From assembly GCF_001194135.2 (NCBI RefSeq), contig NC_069000.1, forward strand, positions 22,208,202 to 22,244,673: DNA of 36,472 bases. The letters run 5' to 3'. Positions 10,541 through 21,783 of the stretch are shown in pieces. The notes below the pieces were generated by a model. The model saw only the letters and a list, made by a program, of their open reading frames with translations, was not told where the DNA came from and ran no database searches. Every line of letters starts with the position of its first letter. Positions within the stretch are counted from its first letter, which is position 1. The stretch is from Octopus bimaculoides. Its lineage: Eukaryota. The position numbers and the translations under genes were made by a program.

Positions 10541-11079
10541 TAGGTGGAGATCAGCCAATTTTGAGCATTTGAGTGTACTCTATTTCAGTGGCCCCTGAAG
10601 GATGAAAAGTAAAATTGAACTCAGCACAGCAGGATTTCAGCTTAACACGGAGAGCTGAAACAAACACAGCAAAGATCTAATGTCCAACGCTTTAGTAATT
10701 CTGCCATTTTCCAAACAGAGCATGAGATAAATTCCTGCTGCTGAAGAGAATGCTAGTCTATAGCAAATGATAACTACAAATTGTTCTGCCATCTATACCT
10801 AGTGAAAACCAGGGCGACCTGAGATAATGTCAAATAAACTGTTCAGCCCTGAAACACACACATGTAAATTGATGAAACTAAATACCACAACCATTTTGTC
10901 TGTTGCTCCACTGATTCCACTACATCCTACCTTATAGTATCTTACAAGGACTGCCGATCATCAATTTACCATTTCAGTTGTCTACAGTCTTATAGTATTA
11001 TACAAGGGATTTTTGCTATCACTCAACTGATTCTGACTTCTGCTGTTATATTATACAGTCGATTGCAAGACCATAGTTT

Positions 11080-11260
11080 TATTGGGGGTGGCGGTGAGGG
11101 GGTTTAGTTGAATAATCAATTCCATTACTTGTCTGGTATTATTTTATCAACTCTGGAAAGGTAAGAAGTACTGCTAATCTTCATGGGATTTGAACTTCAA
11201 AAGTAATGAGATGTAATTAAATACAAAGTATTTTGTCCAGTTCACTACTTTACTGACCAT
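11080..11260 (-). mobile_element. SINE family C (Nin/Deu-domain-like from memory), diverged
   Basis: Reverse complement of the GAGTTCAAAT...GATAAAATAAGTACCAG motif seen in plus copies. Confidence 0.6.
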
Positions 11261-11280
11261 AACATTATTAAATAATAGTA

Positions 11281-11311
<31 letters not shown>

Positions 11312-11329
11312 TGAAAATAATAATAATAA

Positions 11330-11434
11330 TATATAAAGGATTGGAGTAACTCCTCCAGAAGATATAGAGTCAAAATTAAAAGAAGAGTGCCATTGTCATC
11401 TAGTGACAATGGAGTTACCTCAATTCTTTATATA
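11330..11434. repeat. 105-bp element with 24-bp inverted termini and an inner 9-bp hairpin
   Basis: TATATAAAGGATTGGAGTAACTCC versus GGAGTTACCTCAATTCTTTATATA (21/24 complementary); CCATTGTCA-TCTAG-TGACAATGG at 11390-11412. Confidence 0.75.
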
Positions 11435-11554
11435 TTGACCAATATGAAGTAGATTGACAAATATATTTTTTGAACCTGTTGAAGACACACGAGATGTCGA
11501 TTACATCAACTGGGGTTGATGTAACTGGTATTTATTTTATTGACCCTGTAACAA

Positions 11555-11680
11555 ATTGACTGTAGTGCATATTTTTGAAGTTCAGTACCTATTCTGTTGG
11601 TCACTTTTACTGAACTGCTAAGTTACGGGGATGTAAACGAACCAACACCAATTGTCAGGTGCTAATGGTGGGACAAACAC
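11555..11680 (-). mobile_element. SINE family A, middle fragment
   Basis: CTAAGTTACGGGGATGTAAAC...GGGACAAACAC is the reverse complement of 94-155. Confidence 0.7.
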
Positions 11681-11681
11681 T

Positions 11682-11890
11682 ATCATCATCATTTAACATC
11701 CGCTTTCCATGCTAGCATGGGTTGGATGATTTGACTGGGGACTGGCGAACCAGATGGCTACACCAGGCTCCAATCTGATCTGGCAGAGTTTCTACAGCTG
11801 GATGCCCTTCCTAACGCCAACCCCTCCGAGAGTGTAGTGGGTGCTTTTTACGTGCCACTGACACGGAAGCGAAACCGCTGCTCTGGCAGT
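11682..11890 (-). mobile_element. SINE family B, young copy
   Basis: Highly similar to 614-779 and 24512-24829, with CpGs retained. Confidence 0.85.
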
Positions 11891-11934
11891 GATCCCACTC
11901 AGATGGTGATATATATATATATATATATATATAT

Positions 11935-12105
11935 TACTACCCGCATAACATAACTTCGTGATCCAGTAAAAGAAAGCAACGGAATCGGAATAAGTACTGA
12001 ATTTCAAAAATATGTACTGGGGTCAATTTGCTCGACTAAACCCTTCAAGACAATGCCCCAGTATGATCACATTGAATGACTAAAACAAGTAAAAGATAGA
12101 AGATA
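11935..12105 (+). mobile_element. SINE family A, 3' half
   Basis: GAATAAGTACT...GGGGTCAATTTGCTCGACTAAA...GACTAAAACAAGTAAAAG. Confidence 0.7.
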
Positions 12106-13017
12106 TCAAACAATATCTTAACATAGAAAAATATGTTGTTTATGTGTGTGTGTGTGTGTGTGTGTGAGGGGCAGTTAATTTTTTTTCCTCCCTATCCCAA
12201 ATCAGATCTTGCAGGAGTTGAGTTCAACAGTTTTTGAGCGGTACAGAGAAATGGTTTTAATGAATTAATCACCAGTAATATACCAGAGTTGATTTAATCT
12301 GCAAGTACCTCCTTTCCGTTTCCCCCGCCGCTACTCATTTGCCTAAACATGTCTTATTCCTAGTTGAAAGAAATTGATTTTCATTAGTCATACAGGAGAA
12401 GAACAATTTGATGTAAAGCCTAGAAATATTTTTTTTTTTTTTTTTTTTTTTTAGTGACCAACAAACAAGATTTGCAATTCAAAACTACAACTGCACTGCA
12501 ATTCTTTGCAAGTGCAACTGCTTTCATAACTGCATGTACACAAGCACTTATGTGAATTTCTCTTTTGCATTGTGCCAGAGGCTTTTCAAATAGACAGCCA
12601 CAACAAAACAATGCATAAGAGCACACATATGCATTTGCTCATGCTTGTTTGCACTTCAATGCACAATGGAGATGGTTAATGCAATTTGTAAAAAGGAAAA
12701 AAAAGAAAGAAAAAAATTTATGCGTACTCATACATATAAGAATGATTGTACTTTTAAGTTTCATTGGGTTTACACAATAGTTAAATGATGGCAGGGGGGT
12801 GGGCTGTGAATAAGAGTGGAGAGGTGAGAGAGAGAGAGAGAGAGAGAGAAAGAGGGAGGGAGGGAGAAAGACAGAGGAAATGGGCAGAAAAAGAGAAAGA
12901 GAAGGGTGGAGAAATCTAGCATATTTCTGCAAAGAAACAGCCTTAAGTGTAACGCTGAAGGGGAAACGTGAACAACAGAAGCAGCAACATAAACAACAGT
13001 ATAGTAATAATGTTCTT

Positions 13018-13052
<35 letters not shown>

Positions 13053-13115
13053 CTGTTATCGTCGTCATCATCATCATTTTCATCAACAACAAGAACAATG
13101 ACCAGAAGACAAAAA

Positions 13116-13250
13116 TTATCTAATGTGCAATAAATGGAAGAAGAAGAAGAAGAAGAAGAAGAAGAAGAGGATGGACTGCTGCACAGTGGCTGCGCTGGTT
13201 CTGCTGGATCCTGTTGGGTGGTGGTGGTGATGGTGGAGGTGGCGGAGAAG
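13116..13250 (-). CDS. Candidate terminal exon of a secreted/GPI-anchored-type protein (frame ambiguous)
   Basis: Strong acceptor CTTCTTTCTGTCAACCTCAG|; two frames end in a hydrophobic tail: ASPPPPPSPPPPNRIQQNQRSHCAAVHP(L10)PFIAH* or LLRHL(H6)PTGSSRTSAATVQQSIL(F10)HLLHIR*. The hydrophobic run is a (CTT)n microsatellite. Confidence 0.3.
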   Translation of the reverse strand, partial: LLRHLHHHHHHPTGSSRTSAATVQQSILFFFFFFFFFFHLLHIR

Positions 13251-14589
13251 CTGAGGTTGACAGAAAGAAGTTTTAGAACATTAGCAACAAAGGGTGAGAA
13301 ANNNNNNNNNNNNNNNNNNNNNNNNNNNNNNNNNNNNNNNNNNNNNNNNNNNNNNNNNNNNNNNNNNNNNNNNNNNNNNNNNNNNNNNNNNNNNNNNNNN
13401 NNNNNNNNNNNNNNNNNNNNNNNNNNNNNNNNNNNNNNNNNNNNNNNNNNNNNNNNNNNNNNNNNNNNNNNNNNNNNNNNNNNNNNNNNNNNNNNNNNNN
13501 NNNNNNNNNNNNNNNNNNNNNNNNNNNNNNNNNNNNNNNNNNNNNNNNNNNNNNNNNNNNNNNNNNNNNNNNNNNNNNNNNNNNNNNNNNNNNNNNNNNN
13601 NNNNNNNNNNNNNNNNNNNNNNNNNNNNNNNNNNNNNNNNNNNNNNNNNNNNNNNNNNNNNNNNNNNNNNNNNNNNNNNNNNNNNNNNNNNNNNNNNNNN
13701 NNNNNNNNNNNNNNNNNNNNNNNNNNNNNNNNNNNNNNNNNNNNNNNNNNNNNNNNNNNNNNNNNNNNNNNNNNNNNNNNNNNNNNNNNNNNNNNNNNNN
13801 NNNNNNNNNNNNNNNNNNNNNNNNNNNNNNNNNNNNNNNNNNNNNNNNNNNNNNNNNNNNNNNNNNNNNNNNNNNNNNNNNNNNNNNNNNNNNNNNNNNN
13901 NNNNNNNNNNNNNNNNNNNNNNNNNNNNNNNNNNNNNNNNNNNNNNNNNNNNNNNNNNNNNNNNNNNNNNNNNNNNNNNNNNNNNNNNNNNNNNNNNNNN
14001 NNNNNNNNNNNNNNNNNNNNNNNNNNNNNNNNNNNNNNNNNNNNNNNNNNNNNNNNNNNNNNNNNNNNNNNNNNNNNNNNNNNNNNNNNNNNNNNNNNNN
14101 NNNNNNNNNNNTATATATATATATATGTACATACACACACACACAGAACCAGCAAACATGGGCTTGCACTTTCATGCAGAGGAGATCATTTATTAATCAA
14201 CGCACACTAGTAGTTTACGAAACAATTATATGTAAGCTTGCTTCAACGGAAATCACCTATCCATGTTCATTTTTAAACTCTGCCACCAGGCAAGGGGCAA
14301 GAATTTGATAATGAAGATCAACTCTGCCACTGTGTGTATTATGTGTGCTTACAAGGCCAAGACAATCCAAACAGCTGAAGAAGTTGCTTGCTTACATTCT
14401 ATCTGACCATAATTCATACATAGCCACATTCTCTCTCTCTCTCTCTCTCTCTCTCTTCACTGGTTTTCAGAGGTTATTTAGTGCTCAACACTGTCTAGTA
14501 AAGAAAAATTTGAAATAAGTCCTTAAACAATAAACTAGAAACACCTGAAATATTGGGAAAAAAATTATAGATAGTGAGGGAAACTATAA

Positions 14590-14952
14590 GCTCATTTTGC
14601 AACCATGTAGTTTTGGGTTCAGTCTCCCACTGCACAGCATCTTGGGCAAGTGTCTTCTACTATAGTCCTGGGCTGATCAATCAATGTCTCAAAAATGAAT
14701 TTGGTAGACAGAAACTGCATGGAAGCCTTTTGTGTGTGTGAGTGTGTGTGTGTGAGTGTGTGTGTGTATGTTTGCTCTCTTCCTCCACTCTGACAAGTGT
14801 TGGTTCTTGTAACTTAACAGTTCCACAAAAGAAATCAATGGACTGAGCACCAGACTTAAAAATAAGCACTGGGAGTAATTTGATTGACTAAAACCTTCAA
14901 GGCAGTGCTCCAGCATGGCCACAGTCCAATGACTGAAACAAGTAAAAGATAA
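14590..14952 (+). mobile_element. SINE family A, near full length
   Basis: B-box-like GGGTTCAGTC, CORE-like CTTGGGCAAGTGTCTTC, internal (TG)n slot, CAGTC-loop-GACTG-AAACAAGTAAAAG tail. Confidence 0.8.
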
Positions 14953-15350
14953 AACATTAAACATGCCAACCAAACCTAAGATCATCATTTCAATATCTCT
15001 CACATACACATGTAAAACACATACAATATGTGTGTGTGTTTTGATAGAGATAAGGTGCACTTTCTACAAAATTCTTACAATGGTTTAGCAATAATGAATT
15101 AAAAGGGAATAACAGACAAGCAATGATTTAGTTTTAAGATATGAAGAACTACAGAAAAGAGACCATAGAATAAAGAACCACACATTCTTCTTTTTGAAAC
15201 TGTTCAATTTACATGCTGTCTCCAGAACAAATGCCATCATATATACATCTAAAAAGACTGTAAGGAATCTTTGGAATGTAGGTGGGGGGGGGAGAAGAAA
15301 CCTATCACATGGGGCATTCACTTGTAGAATCCTGGCTTTGACAATCAATA

Positions 15351-15476
15351 TTAATTAAACAGACTGGATGCATTCAAATCAGAATGTTTAGAAGACACAA
15401 TACTAATTAAAGATCTTCTCTGGAATTTAGGTTCTTCACCAGGCAACCCACACCGACGTCTTGCCAACTCCTCAAT
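15351..15476 (-). CDS. Candidate terminal coding exon IEELARRRCGLPGEEPKFQRRSLISIVSSKHSDLNASSLFN*
   Basis: Acceptor ATTCTTATTAG|, 42 codons to TAA, GC-richer and protein-like composition in unique sequence. Family not recognised. Confidence 0.4.
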   Translation of the reverse strand: MEELARRRCGLPGEEPKFQRRSLISIVSSKHSDLNASSLFN

Positions 15477-16079
15477 CTAATAAGAATCTACTTTTGTAAC
15501 ATGTTTCCTCATTGATCTAATTAAACAAGAAAGTATGTCATGTGATTTTGGATTTAAAATCCAATAAAAATGAGTATGCACACACACACACGTACAAATG
15601 CATATGCACACAAATACAAGCATGCATATAAATATATATGTGTATATTGTTAAACATAAATATGTTGACTCTTATCAATTCCGGTAGGGATGCTGAAGCT
15701 CAAATTAGTTTCTTCACTTAAGTAACTGTGATATGAAAGGAAGGGATGTGTGGCATCATTTCTTTTTTTATTTATTATTATTTGTTTGTGTGCAACTACC
15801 TGAGTGAAGTAAAAGCATTCATAATGTGCCTCTTAATTAACATTTTAAATTCATCAAAGACTTTTGAATCAGAAGTAACCTGGCATCTTGACACTAATAA
15901 GGAGACAAGATAACTAAATTGATAAAATATTAGCCTACTAGCTTATGATGATGATGATGATGATGATATGTGATAAATTAGATATCTATAATTAGTCCTG
16001 CATCGCATCTCAATGCCTACTTAATGAAATAAGGTACCAGTAATTGTTGGAATGTTACTAGTGATAGACTGAATACTGA

Positions 16080-16335
16080 CACAAAACCACTTCCCTCAAT
16101 ACTACTCCCCCTTCCCAGTTGAAGGGACTTTATCTTGCAAATTATTTGGTGACTCTGCAGCTGCTACATCAAAAACACTCCACTCTGTAAAGTGATTGAT
16201 ATTAGGAAGGGCATCCAGCTGTAGAGATAATGCTGAAACAGACAATAGGGCTTAATGCAGTGCTCTGGCTTGCTAGTTCTTGTTAAACCATTTAAACCCA
16301 TGATAGCATGGAAAACGGGCTACACAGTAATAATG
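16080..16335 (+). mobile_element. SINE family B, old copy
   Basis: TTAGGAAGGGCATCCAGCTGTAG core and CCCATGATAGCATGGAAAACGG end; upstream part similar to 23690-23760. Confidence 0.7.
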
Positions 16336-16908
16336 ATCGCAATATCAACATTCCTTCGATCAACACCACTGAATTTAGGGCCCAGTTCTGGTTTTACTAG
16401 ACCCTATGGCCTCTACAGACATTTACATGTATATGAGTTGGTAACCTAGTGGAGGAGAATATTTATTACTCCTTAGTTAAGAAATGAAGGTTCCTAGTGT
16501 AGCCTGGTCTAATTCTATAGACATAACCAGCAATAAAACACCTGAAAGCAATCTGAGATCAGTGCAATGAAAATCTAAGGTAGATATAAATATTAAAAAA
16601 AAAACATTTTGTTTCTAAGACAACACATCTTAGAGACATTTTGGATACATGACAGGTAAGAGAGCAACTATTCAAGGTCATTCATGTTCTCTCTTCATTT
16701 TACAACAACAGCAACCAGAGTTAACCATTAACGACGTCCTTCTAAGTGACGCCAATATCATTATGTTTGAGTTATTTCATATCAGAATATTCTCATCCCC
16801 CTTCTCCTACCTAAATATTCTGCAGCCATTAGAGGAAGGAGCTAGAAGTCTAATGTTCTTTAACTTAGCCAGCAAAGCAATCCTGTTTGTTGACTCACCC
16901 TCACTCAC

Positions 16909-17030
16909 CAACAGTGTCAACAGTTGCAGGTTGTACATAATGAGAGAGAACATTGCAGGAAAGATAAATTGTAGAAGTGAGTGTGTGAATAGGTGTTTTA
17001 GTAGTAGAGACATCAAACAGTGAAAGGTGA
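16909..17030 (-). CDS. Weak candidate internal exon (122 nt, two open frames)
   Basis: Acceptor TTTTTCCATTCTCCCCATCTGTCAG|, two GTGAGT donors 10 nt apart; phase-compatible between the 17504-17571 and 15351-15476 exons. Confidence 0.2.
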
Positions 17031-17503
17031 CTGACAGATGGGGAGAATGGAAAAATAGTTGGGATGTAGTTTGAGACAGTAGTAATCATAGTAATGCTAT
17101 TAACAGCAAAATAAAACATGATCAAAGGGCTAGTACATGTAAATAGTGCTTGAAGGGGAAAGGTCATCAAGGAAATGGTATACTTCCAAATCAACTTGAT
17201 AATAATGACTTTAACCCAGTGAGATATCATGTGTCTCTGTGAAAATGGTTACAGGGTTATTAAAGAAAAAGAGCAATTTATAGGGAGTAACTTTACATTA
17301 AGGAGTGAAATGTACAATTTCCTTTAATTCAGACCCGTCTCATGGTCCCAGCAGACAAAATGAAAATATGTTGCCCTGGAGGATGGCAGAGGAAATGGCT
17401 CACGGGGCTCGAATTTGCAGATAGCCATCTCTGCCCCAATAGCATTGAGTAGGGTATTGTTCAGGAGCCAAGAACGCCAGAGGTCTCCTGTGCAGGTTCT
17501 TAC

Positions 17504-17571
17504 TTAGCCTTTTCCATTCCCAGCCCATCTGAGATGCTTCTGGTCCTAATGATATTAATTCATCAATCCAC
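17504..17571 (-). CDS. Candidate internal exon (R)WIDELISLGPEASQMGWEWKRL
   Basis: Acceptor GTAGTTTCAG|, donor CTAA|GTAAGA; 68 nt open. Could alternatively be part of a decayed retroelement. Confidence 0.3.
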
Positions 17572-18956
17572 CTGAAACTACCTCTGTTAAACTTTACATT
17601 TCAAATAAACATTTTAACTGAAATCACATTGTTAAATGAATATTGATGTTTAGTAACCCACCCAGAGCTGAGTGAGCAGACCCATGATTACAAGAGTTCA
17701 TCTTTTAGTTGTTTTTCCAAACATTGTGTATCTAACACTACAATGTGCAATGAGCTCTTCCTTTACTTCTTATACAGTAGGGTAGGAGTTGAGGTTTGGC
17801 CACTATTTCTAGCATAACAGGCAACTAACCACATAGAGGCTTCCCCACTGAATATGTTGAGTTGTGCTTCTAACATTAGCTGAATACAGCAATTAAAAAA
17901 AAAAAAAGCATTTAAGTTTTTCTCTCATTAAATTCTTGATTGTTTGAAAGTCAACTGAAAGACTCTCATTAAAAATAAGGGCTACAATAAAATTAAATTA
18001 GTGGAATATTTAGAAACATTTATAACTATCAGTTGGGCAGCTAACAGCAACCCAGTGGATGATAGTAATGACCAAAATATAGAATTTCAAAATGAATGGT
18101 ATACAGTTAAAATGGAGACAACATAATATAGTAAGTCGAGCACATTTGTAACTGTTTTAAAGAGCAGTAAAGTCCTTAGTGTTAATGACAGTTTCTTTGC
18201 AAGAAAAGCAAGGGAGAAAACTCTAAAACTTTAAATGGAAACTAGTGGAGAGTGAGCGTGAACCTTGTTTAGCACAGTGACAACTCCAGATATGTTTCAA
18301 AGTATTATACTTTTGTTGTCAAGTTCAACTCTCACTGGGGCTGACTTCTCTAAGATGCCAATATGTAAAAGTGCAATAAGGAGCTTGATAAAATACAGGC
18401 TGTCTAACATGTCCAAGACAACAATGTGAGAGGTAGAGAGTGAGATGTTTTGCAATGTGAAGCAATCAAAAGCAGGAAGGAAACTCTGACAGGCAAAGCC
18501 AATATATTTCACCAGAAAGATGATGGTAAGCCTTTAGAAAATCTACAAGTCAATTTTCATTCTCAATCGAAGCCAATTCACATAACTAATGTTATTAATG
18601 TCTTTTGTAAAGATTAATGGAGCAGCTTACTATCCTCTTTTCTCTCTAAAATATAGATCCATGACAACCACAAAATTGCAGTCTAAAATCTATTAATTCT
18701 TTTACTTCCCTAACTCTTTCAAAAGAAATTCCTTCATAAACTAATTCTACAGACCAACTTAAGATATTGAGCTCTATGGTGACATTAATGTTCATCATTT
18801 TCATCAATGGTTTACATCTGTTTCCCCAGGGTGGCATGTATTTCAGACTGGTTCACCATCAGCTGTGGACCTACATCTTGTCACCAACCAAAGGTGTAGG
18901 TCCACAGCTATTACCTACTACACACAACAAATACAAGCTGGTCGATATTACTGTTG

Positions 18957-19130
18957 TGGTGAGCTGGCAGGATTGTTAGCACACCTGACAAAAAGCTTAG
19001 CAACATTTCATCAGTATTGCTGTTCCAAGTTCAAATTCTGCCAAGGTCAACTTTGCCTTTCATCCTTCTGAGGTTGATAAAATAAGTACCAGCTGAGCAG
19101 CACTGGGCTCGATGTAATCAACTTATACCC
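18957..19130 (+). mobile_element. SINE family C
   Basis: GAGCTGGCAGGATTGTTAGC...GTTCAAATTCTGCC...TTTGCCTTTCATCC...GATAAAATAAGTACCAG. Confidence 0.8.
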
Positions 19131-19649
19131 TGTACTCTACATGTGTAGCAACATTTTTATAATGCATGACAAGCTTTGAGTTTACATATGGGGATGTATG
19201 CATGAGAGGATTGCCGCATGAGAAAGAAACTCAATATAACTATAGTCAAAAGTATGTGAGTGTCTATAAATATAAAGAGAAAGTGTGCTGAATGTATTGG
19301 TTGGAGATGATGATGAGATGAAGAGAAGAAAGTCATAAAGCAGTGCAATGGATGGGATTATAGAGCTACGGATGGTTACACAGACAGCTATTTTATGCTT
19401 CATGGTCTCACTGAAACTGAATAGATTCAAAATGCCTATGGTAAAATATATATGAGCTTGTGTGCATGCACATAGTAAGGCCAAACAATGATTAAGAGTG
19501 CAGTACTCAATACAAGTTGTAGGATATAAATTTATTTAAACTGAATTAATTCCTCTCTTGCAGCTTGAGTATGATTACCACAGCAATCATTCTTGCTTGA
19601 CAATCACTGAGGCATCACAATTTGCAAGAAAGGAATTCAGGTTAACTCT

Positions 19650-19864
19650 TTAATACCTGAAACTAGCAATATGTGGCCCAAACAATCTATCTGTTTTAGG
19701 TTCAAACTGGCCAGATCTGGCCTTTCACACCTATCTGCCAATGTTATTCTAAAAATATACAATAATGTCATCAAAATCTCAAGATAATGCATGGATTAAT
19801 TCAATACAATGTAAATAAATGGGCATTACACTTGATAGAGTAATCTGAACGCTAAAAGATTAAT
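19650..19864. mobile_element. MITE family 1, diverged
   Basis: GGCCAGATCTGGCC centre and GTAATCTGAACGCTAAAAGATTAA end. Confidence 0.7.
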
Positions 19865-19953
19865 GCAGTGTGTGTGTGCGCATGCATGCACATGTGTTTG
19901 CATACTGTCTATGGTTCAATTTATATTATTACATTAACATTATATGGTAAGTT

Positions 19954-20163
19954 AAGGTAGCAAGCTAGCAGAATCGTTAGTACACCTGACAAAATCTCAT
20001 CCGTCTTTATGCTTTGAGTTGAAATTCTGCTGAGACTGACTTTGGCTTTCATCCTTTTCAGAGTCAATGAAATAAGCACCAGTTGAATACCGGGTTCAAT
20101 GTAATGGACTAACTCCTCCATTCCCATCAAAATTTCAGGCCTTGTGCTTATAGTAGAAAGGAA
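19954..20163 (+). mobile_element. SINE family C
   Basis: Same motifs as 18957-19130, ends GGCCTTGTGCTTATAGTAGAAAGG. Confidence 0.75.
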
Positions 20164-20194
20164 AGGGACTATGTGGTAAGTCACCAACATACAT

Positions 20195-20363
20195 CATTAA
20201 AGAAACCAGGTGTATGTGTAAGGTGTTAAGAAGGGCATCCAACTGTAGATCCATGCCAAATCAGACTGGAGTCTGGTGCAGTCCTGCTGGTCTGCCAGCT
20301 CCGGTCACACTGTCTGATCCATGCCAGCATGGACAACAGACATATGATGGTGATGATGATGAC

Positions 20364-20365
<2 letters not shown>
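20195..20365 (+). mobile_element. SINE family B, diverged
   Basis: AAGAAGGGCATCCAACTGTAG core, CCATGCCAGCATGGA, (GAT)n tail. Confidence 0.7.
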
Positions 20366-20406
<41 letters not shown>

Positions 20407-21652
20407 ACGCGCATACACACATACACAGTGTGTTCAGGTTTGGAGCTGTAGATATCATTGCACAGTCAGAAAAGATCACGTCTCCATAATTAAGCTACAT
20501 CAAGTATCTGAAGTTAGGTGTAGAAGGAGGTGGTCACCTCACAAACTACACAAGGACAGTTTGAATATTTGGAAAATAATGAGAACAGAACTCTACCCCT
20601 GCTTCACTCCAACATTACCAAAACAGCAACCCACAACAAGTCATTGTATAAGTACTTCTATTAGGGAATACAAAATTACACTGCGCAGTAGAAAAAAAGG
20701 AAAAAAAAAAAAGATTATGTTAAACTAAAGGGAAAATAGAGAAGTTAGAAATATAGAAGATCAAAGAATATACAGCCTCAGCAAAAATAAAAATCATTTC
20801 CACTGAAATATAGAAAAGTACCTTTTAAAAAAAAAAATCCATTTGAGAATGGTTTTGCCAAAATATAGATAACTACATTCAAAAAAAGAAAAGAAAAACT
20901 TCACTTCAAAACAGCTCCCATTAATAATAAGCTTTTCTGATGGTAAAAAAAACAAAACAAAACAAAACAAAAAGCAATGAGTAGTATACCAAAATTACTA
21001 AATAAAATAACCAAAAAGAATCTAATAGAAGAACCTATTTCCTACCCAAGAAAATTGCACTTAAAAAATGGTTATAGTAAAGAAGAGAAAAATACACCCA
21101 TAGTTAGTCACTAAATCATTGCCAAGTGGCAATAGCTCTGTGACTATAACAGAATAGATCCTTTATTACATGAAGAAAACATCAACAAAATAAAAAAAAA
21201 ATCTTTGCAACCTTCCTCTTAAATATATATATATATGTGTGTGTGTATTTAATACAATGTACACACCTGTTTGTGTGTCTGTGAGTTTGTGTTTTATGTG
21301 TGCATCATGCACATGTATGATTTTGTGTGTACGTATGATGGTGACATATTCCTTCCATTCCATCTTGCAGCAACGGCACAATAAATATACAATAGTAGAA
21401 TATCTACTGAATAAAAGATCCATGAATTGGGTGCTGATTGCATTTCGTCTGTATGGATACTACAATTCTTGTAGACATAAACTGCCTTATAAAGTTCAGA
21501 TGACAAAAAGTGTTACTAGTATGATACATAGGTATCATGCTAATATAGCTATTTTGGTATGCATGCATACTAGTATAACATGGTATAACTGTTATGATAA
21601 TTTGGCTATAACTGAGGTACCTGAAGTAAAGATACACTACATATGACTCATG

Positions 21653-21783
21653 GAAGAACTACATCAATACCCTAGCTATAGAGAGAAATATATTGGTACC
21701 CTAACTATAGAAAGAACTATGACAGTACCCTAGCTATAAAAAGATCTATGTCGGTACCCTAGCTATAAGAAGAACTATGTCGG
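21653..21783. repeat. 29-bp minisatellite (about TACCCTAGCTATAGAAAGAACTATGTCGG) x4 plus a partial unit
   Basis: Units start at 21668, 21697, 21726 and 21755; no unique spacers between them. Confidence 0.9.

Noticed and set aside
12308-12360. Short CpG-rich minus-strand segment MFRQMSSGGGNGKE with a GTACTT donor as a first coding exon
   Set aside because: Splicing it to the next candidate exon gives an early stop; no support for coding, though a non-coding exon cannot be excluded.
16649-17023. 124-aa plus-strand ORF
   Set aside because: Near-cognate start, no motif, and the better splice signals are on the opposite strand.
21653-21783. 29-bp repeats as a possible CRISPR array
   Set aside because: Units are directly adjacent with no unique spacers, there are no cas genes, and the context is eukaryotic.
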